A stretch of 55,681 bases of DNA, from the NCBI GenBank assembly GCA_046484625.1, contig JAWOIO010000240.1:1-55681 (forward strand), given 5' to 3'. This DNA comes from Acidimicrobiia bacterium (GTDB lineage Bacteria > Actinomycetota > Acidimicrobiia > IMCC26256 > PALSA-555). The translations under genes and the position numbers were made by a program. Shown piece by piece: positions 49,630 to 55,681 of the stretch. The first letter of the stretch is position 1; each line of letters starts with the position of its first letter. The notes beneath the pieces were generated by a model. That model was not told the DNA's origin. It saw only the letters and a list, made by a program, of their open reading frames with translations, and did not search any database.

Positions 49630-51576
49630 GTGGCCTTCCAGTCGCTCTACCGCAAGTACCGGCCGCAGCGCTTCGACGAGGTCGTCGGTCAGGAGCACGT
49701 CGTCGACTCGCTGCGCGCGGCGGTGCGCGACGACCGCGTCGGGCACGCCTACCTGTTCTCGGGGCCACGCGGCACCGGCAAGACCACCACCGCGCGCATC
49801 CTCGCGAAGGCGCTCAACTGCCTGAACCTCGGCAGCGACGGGGAGCCGTGTGGCTCGTGCGAGAACTGCGTCGCCGTTGCATCCGGGACCTTCTTCGATC
49901 TCTTCGAGCTCGACGCCGCGTCGAACCGCGGAATCGACGACGTGAAGGAGCTCGTGAAGAGCACCGCGATCGGGATCGCCCCCGGCTCGCGCCGCAAGGT
50001 CTTCGTGCTCGACGAGGTCCACGCGCTGACCGCCGACGCGGCCACTGCGCTCCTGAAGAGCCTCGAGGAGCCGCCCGAGCACGTCGTGTACATCCTCGCG
50101 ACGACGAACCCAGAGAAGGTCCTCCCGACGATCCGTTCGCGGACCCAGCACTACGCGTTCGGTCTGCTCACCTCGGACGAGCTCGTCGAGCGTCTCGCCG
50201 ACCTCTGCCGACGCGAGGGCGTGGACGCCGACCCGGAGGCGCTGACCGCGATCGCGGCTGCAGGTGCGGGTTCGGCGCGCGACTCGGAGTCGCTGCTCGA
50301 CCAGGCGCTGGCGACCGGCACCGGTCGCCTCGACGGCGACGTCGTGACGGCGCTGTTCGGTGGGACGCCGTTCGCGACCCGGACCCGCATCCTCGACGCG
50401 ATCGCGGCGGAGGACACGGCCGAGGCGCTCGTCGCCCTCGCCGAGCTCCTGGAGGTCGGCCACGAGCCGCGGCGCGTGGCCGAGGACCTGCTCGGGGCCG
50501 CACGCGATGCCTTCGTCCTGACCGCCGGAGGTGGCAAGGTCGCGGTGGCCGCTCCCGTCGACGATCGCGAGCGACTCGCCGCGCTCGGCGACGTGCTCGG
50601 AAACGCGGCGCTCGTCCGGGTGATCGAGACGCTCGGCCAGGCCGTCACCGACATGCGGGGTGTCGATGCCGCCGACCCGAGGCTCGTCCTCGAGGTCGCA
50701 CTGGTCCGGTTGTCACGACGCGACGCCGGGCCGCCGTTGCAGACCGTGATCGAGCGGATCGAGCGCCTGGAGCGATCGGCGCCCGCGGCCGGCGGGCCGC
50801 CACCGCCGGCGCCGCGTCGCGTGCCCGACGCGCCCGAGCCCCAAGCTCCGTCGTCCGGTCGTGGGACTCGGCCGACGCTCGGGGCGCTCCGTGGGACGGC
50901 GCAGGCGGATCCTGCGCCCCAGCGGGACGAGCCCGCACCGCCGGCCCCGGCCCCGGCCCCGGCTCCCGAGGGAGCCGACACGGGAGGTGAGGCACCGACC
51001 ACCGGGCGCGATGCGGACGCGCCGATCGACCTCGACGACGTCATCGTCGCGTGGGCGGATGCCGTCAGTGGCTTCGCACCGGCCACCCGAAGTGCCGTGC
51101 AGCAGGCCCAGCCGCGCCGGGTCGAGGGCCAGGTCCTCGTGTTCGGCGTGCCCCCGGAGCTGCTCGGAGCGGCGCGTGAGCGGTTCAAACGCGAGGCCGA
51201 AACCGTCCGCGAGGCGCTCGCGAGCAGGCTCGGCCGTCGCTTCAAGTTCTCGCTGGAGGCCGCCACCGAGTTCGACCTCGACCGGCGCGCGCCCGAGCAG
51301 GAGCCGCCGGGCGAGCCTCCCGCGTCCGCACCCGATGCCGGTGGGCTCGAGGCAGGTGGGCCTGATGCCGGGCCGCCTGAAGCCGGCGGGCTCGAGGCGG
51401 GTGGGCCTGACGCCGGGCCGCCCGATGCCGGTCTGTCGGCAGCTGCGCCGCACGACGAGGTGCTGGACACGGGCGAGCTGCGTGATGCCACCGCGGCGGA
51501 TGCCGAGGCGCCGGTGGAGCGGCTTCGCGACGCCCTCGGCGCTACCGTCGTCGAAGAGGTTCCACGAGAGTCCTGA
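49630..51576 (+). CDS. dnaX: DNA polymerase III subunit gamma/tau
   Basis: Motifs SLYRKYRPQRF.EVVGQEHV, HAYLFSGPRGTGKTT, zinc motif, ELDAASNRGID, DEVH, LLKSLEEPP, PTIRSR, RD..SLLDQ. Low-complexity C-terminal region. Confidence 0.95.
   Translation: MAFQSLYRKYRPQRFDEVVGQEHVVDSLRAAVRDDRVGHAYLFSGPRGTGKTTTARILAKALNCLNLGSDGEPCGSCENCVAVASGTFFDLFELDAASNRGIDDVKELVKSTAIGIAPGSRRKVFVLDEVHALTADAATALLKSLEEPPEHVVYILATTNPEKVLPTIRSRTQHYAFGLLTSDELVERLADLCRREGVDADPEALTAIAAAGAGSARDSESLLDQALATGTGRLDGDVVTALFGGTPFATRTRILDAIAAEDTAEALVALAELLEVGHEPRRVAEDLLGAARDAFVLTAGGGKVAVAAPVDDRERLAALGDVLGNAALVRVIETLGQAVTDMRGVDAADPRLVLEVALVRLSRRDAGPPLQTVIERIERLERSAPAAGGPPPPAPRRVPDAPEPQAPSSGRGTRPTLGALRGTAQADPAPQRDEPAPPAPAPAPAPEGADTGGEAPTTGRDADAPIDLDDVIVAWADAVSGFAPATRSAVQQAQPRRVEGQVLVFGVPPELLGAARERFKREAETVREALASRLGRRFKFSLEAATEFDLDRRAPEQEPPGEPPASAPDAGGLEAGGPDAGPPEAGGLEAGGPDAGPPDAGLSAAAPHDEVLDTGELRDATAADAEAPVERLRDALGATVVEEVPRES
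51331..51432 (+). repeat. In-frame 15-bp (5-aa) repeat array with 45-bp higher-order periodicity in dnaX
   Basis: PDAGG-LEAGG-PDAGP / PEAGG-LEAGG-PDAGP / PDAG. Confidence 0.85.
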
Positions 51577-51615
51577 TCGGCCGAGCCGACCCCCCGAGAG
51601 GAGCACGGAGCGCGG

Positions 51616-51963
51616 ATGGCGAAGCAGAAGCCCGGCGGCAGCGGCGGGATGAACCAGATGATGCGGCAGATGCAGCAGATGCAGGCCGACATGGCCACTG
51701 CCCAAGAAGCCCTCGCCGAGGAGTCGGTCGAGGGGTCCGCGGGTGGCGGGATGGTGACGGCCGTCGTGAGCGGCACCGGCGAGCTCCGTCGCGTCACGAT
51801 CGCGCCCGACGTCGTCGATCCCGACGATGTCGAGATGCTCGAGGACCTCGTGGTCGCCGCGGTCAGCGAGGCGATGCGCGCCGCGCAGGACCTCCAGGCG
51901 CGCCAGATGGGCTCGGTCACGAGTGGCCTCGACCTGGGGGCCCTCGGCGGCCTGCTCGGCTGA
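51616..51963 (+). CDS. ybaB: YbaB/EbfC nucleoid-associated protein
   Basis: Contains MNQMMRQMQQMQ...EGSAGGGMV...I.PDVVDPDDVEMLEDLV.AA. It lies between dnaX and recR. Confidence 0.93.
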   Translation: MAKQKPGGSGGMNQMMRQMQQMQADMATAQEALAEESVEGSAGGGMVTAVVSGTGELRRVTIAPDVVDPDDVEMLEDLVVAAVSEAMRAAQDLQARQMGSVTSGLDLGALGGLLG

Positions 51964-51972
51964 CGGCGATCG

Positions 51973-52578
51973 GTGGCGATCTACGAAGGAGCGGTCCAGA
52001 CGCTCATCGACGAGCTGGGTCGGCTGCCCGGCGTCGGGCCGAAGTCAGCGCAGCGCATCGCCTACTACCTCCTCAAGTCGGCACCGGAGGACGCGAACCG
52101 GCTCGCGGGCGCGATCTCGGACGCCAAGGCGAAGATCACCTGGTGCCGGCGGTGCTTCAACATCGCGGAGGGCGAGCTCTGTGGCTTCTGTCGCGACGAC
52201 CGCCGCGACCCCAAGCTGCTCTGTGTCGTCGAAGAGCCCCGCGACATCGTGGCGGTCGAGCGCACGCACGAGTTCGGCGGCCGCTACCACGTGTTGCAGG
52301 GAGCGATCTCCCCGATCGAGGGGATCGGACCCGAGCAGCTCCGGGTCAAGGAGCTCGTCCGACGCGTCGGTGAGGAGGGCGTCGAGGAGGTCATCCTCGC
52401 GACCAACCCCAACATCGAGGGCGAGGCGACTGCCATGTACCTGGCCCGACTGCTGAAGCCGCTGGGCCTCCGCGTCACGCGCATCGCGAGCGGTCTGCCC
52501 GTCGGCGGGGACCTCGAGTACGCCGACGAGGTGACGCTCGGTCGCGCGCTCGAGGGAAGGCGCGAGATCGACGCCTGA
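51973..52578 (+). CDS. recR: Recombination mediator RecR
   Basis: Motifs [14 protein letters not shown]4 zinc finger, [40 protein letters not shown]. Confidence 0.96.
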   Translation: MAIYEGAVQTLIDELGRLPGVGPKSAQRIAYYLLKSAPEDANRLAGAISDAKAKITWCRRCFNIAEGELCGFCRDDRRDPKLLCVVEEPRDIVAVERTHEFGGRYHVLQGAISPIEGIGPEQLRVKELVRRVGEEGVEEVILATNPNIEGEATAMYLARLLKPLGLRVTRIASGLPVGGDLEYADEVTLGRALEGRREIDA

Positions 52579-52603
52579 AGGGGCGTGGCAATCGGGCAGG
52601 CGA

Positions 52604-53713
52604 TCAGGCGAGGGCGCGTCGGACGACGTTCCCGACGGCCTCGGCCTCGACGAGGAACCCGTCGTGTCCGCACGGCGACTGGATGGTCTCGACGTCCGGG
52701 CGCCCCGGGAGGGCTGCGGCGAGCTCGTGCTGCAGGCGGAGCGGATAGAGCCGGTCGGACGAGATCCCGGCCACGGCCACGTCGGCGCGGACCCGGGTCA
52801 GCGCCGTCTCGACACCACCGCGCCCGCGCCCGATGTCGTGGTGGTTCATCGCCTCGCTGAGGGCGACGTAGGTGTTCGCGTCGAAGCGTCGGGTGAGCTT
52901 CGCCCCGTGGTATTCGAGGTAGGACTCGACGGCGTAGCGTCCGCCGTCGAAGGGGTCTTCGTCGCCCTGGTGGTCGCGGCCGAAGCGGGCGTCGAACTCG
53001 AGCTCCGAGCGGTAGCTGATCTGGCCGATGCCGCGAGCGAGCTCGAGGCCGACGTGGGGTCCCTCACCGTCGGGTGCGTCGTAGTAGTCGCCGCCGCGCC
53101 AACGAGGATCCGCACGGATCGCTCGCGTCTGCACCGAGCACCACGCGATCTGCTCCGCCGTCGCCTTGGCGCCGACCGAGACGACCACCGCGCGTTCGAC
53201 TCGTTCCGGGAATCCCACGATCCACTCGAGCGCGCGCATCCCGCCCATCGATCCGCCCACGACGGCCGCCCACCGGTCGATCCCGAGCCGGTCCGCGAAC
53301 GCGGCTTCGACGACCGTCTGGTCGCGGATGGTCAGGACCGGGAACCGGGCCCCGTACGGCCGACCGTCGGCCGCCGGCGACGCCGGGCCCGTGGTCCCCT
53401 GGCATCCGCCGAGCACGTTGGGGCAGACGACGAACCACCGGTCGGTGTCGATGGGGGCACCCGGCCCGATCATCGAGCCCCACCATCCGCCACGGCCACC
53501 CGCGTGACTGTCGCCGGTGAGCGCGTGGAGCACGAGGACCGCGTTGGACCGGCCGGCGTCGAGCGCGCCCCAGGTCTCGTAGGCGATGGTCACGTGCTCC
53601 AGACGACCCCCAGCCTCGAGCACGTGCGGGCGCGCGTCGAACAGCGTCTCGAAGCGACGCGCACCGACGGGATCGCCCGGGCGCCAGGCCCCGGACGCCG
53701 GGGGCAGGTCCAC
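52604..53713 (-). CDS. metX: Homoserine O-acetyltransferase
   Basis: Motifs IAYETWG, HALTGDSH, CPNVLGGCQGTTGP, GGSMGGMRALEW, RFDANTY, SDRLYP, GHDGFL. Confidence 0.93.
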   Translation of the reverse strand: MDLPPASGAWRPGDPVGARRFETLFDARPHVLEAGGRLEHVTIAYETWGALDAGRSNAVLVLHALTGDSHAGGRGGWWGSMIGPGAPIDTDRWFVVCPNVLGGCQGTTGPASPAADGRPYGARFPVLTIRDQTVVEAAFADRLGIDRWAAVVGGSMGGMRALEWIVGFPERVERAVVVSVGAKATAEQIAWCSVQTRAIRADPRWRGGDYYDAPDGEGPHVGLELARGIGQISYRSELEFDARFGRDHQGDEDPFDGGRYAVESYLEYHGAKLTRRFDANTYVALSEAMNHHDIGRGRGGVETALTRVRADVAVAGISSDRLYPLRLQHELAAALPGRPDVETIQSPCGHDGFLVEAEAVGNVVRRALA

Positions 53714-53729
53714 CGTGGGTGCGCTCGCG

Positions 53730-55031
53730 TCAGGCTCCCTTGGCGGCGCGGAACCCGGCTTCGAGGTCGGCGAGGAGGTCGTCGACGGTCTCGATCCCGA
53801 CGCACAGCCGGACCAGGTCGGGGGTCACCCCGGTCGTGGCCTGCTCCTCGGGGGTGAGCTGGGAGTGCGTCGTCGACGCCGGATGGATCGCGAGGCTGCG
53901 CACGTCACCGACATTCGCGAGGTGGCTGAACAGCTCCAGTCCGTCGACGAAGCTGCGACCGGCGTCGAGCCCACCCTTGATCCCGAAGGCGAGGATCGCG
54001 CCCTTGCCGCGCGGGAGGGACGTCTGGGCCCGCTCGTACCACGGGCTCGACTTCAGACCCGGGTAGGCGACCCATTCCACCTCGTCGCGCTGCTCGAGCC
54101 ACTCGGCGACCACCTGCGCGTTCTGGCAGTGGCGGTCCATCCGGAGGCTGAGCGTCTCGAGTCCCTGGATGAACAGGAACGCGTTGAACGGCGCCACCGC
54201 CGCGCCGAGGTCGCGCATGAGCTGGAGCCGGGCCTTGAGCGCGTACTGCGCGGGCCGGAGCGGCTCGGGGAGCTGGGAGTACACGAGACCGTGGTAGCTG
54301 GGATCCGGTTCGGTGAAGACGGGGTGGCGGCCGCTCGCGACGTAGTCGAACTTCCCACCGTCGACGATGATCCCGCCGATGGACGTCCCGTGCCCCCCGA
54401 TGAACTTCGTCGCGGAGTGCACGACGATGTCGGCGCCGAGCGCGAGCGGCTGGCAGAGGTAGGGCGTCGTCACGGTGTTGTCGACGATGAGCGGCACGTC
54501 GGCCTCGTGCGCGACACCCGAGATCCCCTCGATGTCGAGCACGTCGTTCTTCGGGTTCCCGACCGACTCACCGTAGAAGCCGCGGGTGTTGGGCTTGACC
54601 GCGGCGCGCCACGCGTCGAGGTCGTCGGGATCGTCGATGAAGGTCACGTCCCAGCCGAGCTTGGGCAGCGTGTAGTGCAGGAGGTTGTACGTGCCGCCGT
54701 AGAGCGAGGCGGAGGCGACGAGGTGGTCGCCGGCCTGGCCCAGGTTGAGGATCGCGAGGGTCTCGGCCGCCTGCCCCGACGAGGTGGCGAGCGCGGCGAC
54801 GCCGCCCTCGAGGGCGGCCACCCGGTCCTCGAACACCGCCTGGGTCGGGTTCATGATGCGGGTGTAGATGTTGCCGAGCTCGGAGAGCCCGAAGAGCGCG
54901 GCCGCATGCTCGGTGTCCCGGAACACGTAGCTCGTCGTCTGGTAGATGGGCGTGGCCCGCGCACCGGTGGTGGGGTCGGCGGCGGCGCCGGCGTGGACCT
55001 GCTTGGTGTCGAATCCCCAGGACTCGGACAT
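53730..55031 (-). CDS. metY: O-acetylhomoserine aminocarboxypropyltransferase (sulfhydrylase)
   Basis: Motifs PIYQTTSY, GNIYTRIMNPT, SSGQAA, LYGGTYNL, DNTV, HSATKFIGGHG (PLP lysine), ANVGDVRSL.IHPASTTHSQL. GAGGAGGAG SD. Confidence 0.93.
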   Translation of the reverse strand: MSESWGFDTKQVHAGAAADPTTGARATPIYQTTSYVFRDTEHAAALFGLSELGNIYTRIMNPTQAVFEDRVAALEGGVAALATSSGQAAETLAILNLGQAGDHLVASASLYGGTYNLLHYTLPKLGWDVTFIDDPDDLDAWRAAVKPNTRGFYGESVGNPKNDVLDIEGISGVAHEADVPLIVDNTVTTPYLCQPLALGADIVVHSATKFIGGHGTSIGGIIVDGGKFDYVASGRHPVFTEPDPSYHGLVYSQLPEPLRPAQYALKARLQLMRDLGAAVAPFNAFLFIQGLETLSLRMDRHCQNAQVVAEWLEQRDEVEWVAYPGLKSSPWYERAQTSLPRGKGAILAFGIKGGLDAGRSFVDGLELFSHLANVGDVRSLAIHPASTTHSQLTPEEQATTGVTPDLVRLCVGIETVDDLLADLEAGFRAAKGA

Positions 55032-55085
55032 GGTGTGGCTCCTCCTCGCCGCGACGGGACGCGGCGCGATGTGGCTGAGGCGCGA

Positions 55086-55124
55086 ACGCTACGAGTGTGA
55101 AACCTGACTGGTCAACTCGGAAAT
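55086..55124 (-). promoter_or_regulatory. Putative sigma-A promoter of metY with an overlapping Rrf2-type (IscR/CymR-like) operator
   Basis: The minus strand reads TTGACC-18nt-TAGCGT. A 25-bp imperfect palindrome, AAACCTGACT-GGTCA-ACTCGGAAAT (55100-55124), covers the -35 element. Confidence 0.5.
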
Positions 55125-55215
55125 CGACGGCGGCGGGTGCCGGTGGTTGACTTCCCATACTGCGATGGTAAGAACGCGCGACCCCCGCTCTCGAGAAGAC
55201 GAAGGGAACCACATC

Positions 55216-55608
55216 ATGACCACGCCACCGCCTGCGGCGGCACCGACCGGAACCGGCAAGATCGGGGAGCTCCGCAGCCCCGTGGTCGTGATGCTCCTGA
55301 GCATCGTGACGCTCGGCATCTACGCGCTCTACTACTACTTCAAGACCTTCGACGAGATGAAGGACTACAGCGGCGAGGGCGTCGGCGGTGTCGTCGGCCT
55401 GCTCCTCTCGATCTTCTGCGGGATCATCACGATCTTCGTCCTCCCCGCCGAGGTCGGGAACCTCTACGAGCGCGACGGCAAGGAGAAGCCGATCAGCGGC
55501 GCGACCGGCTTCTGGGTCCTGCTGCCGATCCTCGGTTTCTTCATCTGGCTCTTCAAGGTGCAGGGCCGCCTCAACGACTTCTGGGAGTCGAAGGGCGCCA
55601 CCAGCTGA
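55216..55608 (+). CDS. DUF4234-like small membrane protein
   Basis: Contains RSPVVVMLLSIVTLGIYALYYYFKTFDEMK and C-terminal Q.RLN.FW. GAAGGGA SD. Confidence 0.78.
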   Translation: MTTPPPAAAPTGTGKIGELRSPVVVMLLSIVTLGIYALYYYFKTFDEMKDYSGEGVGGVVGLLLSIFCGIITIFVLPAEVGNLYERDGKEKPISGATGFWVLLPILGFFIWLFKVQGRLNDFWESKGATS

Positions 55609-55629
55609 GTGCCCGATCCGACGTGCGTC

Positions 55630-55657
55630 CGAGGGGCGGCCGGGAGGCCGCCCCTCG
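55630..55657. terminator. GC-rich hairpin, probable terminator
   Basis: CGAGGGGCGGCC-GGGA-GGCCGCCCCTCG: a 12-bp stem with a GNRA loop, just after the stop at 55608. Confidence 0.7.
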
Positions 55658-55681
55658 TCGCGTCCGCGCGCGGCCTCAGAG

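Noticed and set aside
55032-55215. SAM-I or SAM-IV riboswitch upstream of metY
   Set aside because: No ATC.AGAG...GCAACC...GTGC core is visible, and the predicted promoter leaves too short a leader.

Overview
This is a very GC-rich (roughly 70% by eye) chromosomal window from an actinobacterium. Gene content and synteny (DUF3499, DUF3151, the MSMEG_4193-DUF3090-SCO1664 trio, TIGR03084, tRNA-Ser/tadA/ffs/dnaX/ybaB/recR) suggest an Acidimicrobiia-like lineage, which is an inference. It holds about 55 densely packed CDSs, mostly housekeeping or metabolic: amidase, mmsA, a polar amino-acid ABC importer with a Rieske oxygenase and a PYROXD2-like FAD enzyme, an Rpf/lysozyme-like lipoprotein, an ABC1 kinase, Fpg/Nei, lgt, a MacB/FtsX-type exporter, fatty-acyl-CoA genes, an OmpR-type two-component system, purE, gmd, a GT-C glycosyltransferase, a FAAL, a seven-gene mrp antiporter operon, an FrhB/FpoF-like Fe-S flavoprotein, csoR/copA, metF, tadA, dnaX-ybaB-recR and metY-metX. 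RNA genes are two tRNA-Ser genes and a large, Alu-domain-containing SRP RNA. I saw no mobile element, CRISPR array or defence island. The best leads are: (1) a translationally coupled importer/Rieske/PYROXD2-like operon that may catabolise an N-methylated amino acid; (2) the Bacillus-type large SRP RNA with a covarying Alu pseudoknot; (3) a CRP-type site plus a structured leader in front of the Rpf-like gene; (4) a 25-aa micro-ORF bridging mrpF and mrpG; (5) an orphan FpoF-like protein near mrp; and (6) pervasive leaderless promoter architecture. All family assignments come from motif recognition by eye, with no database search.
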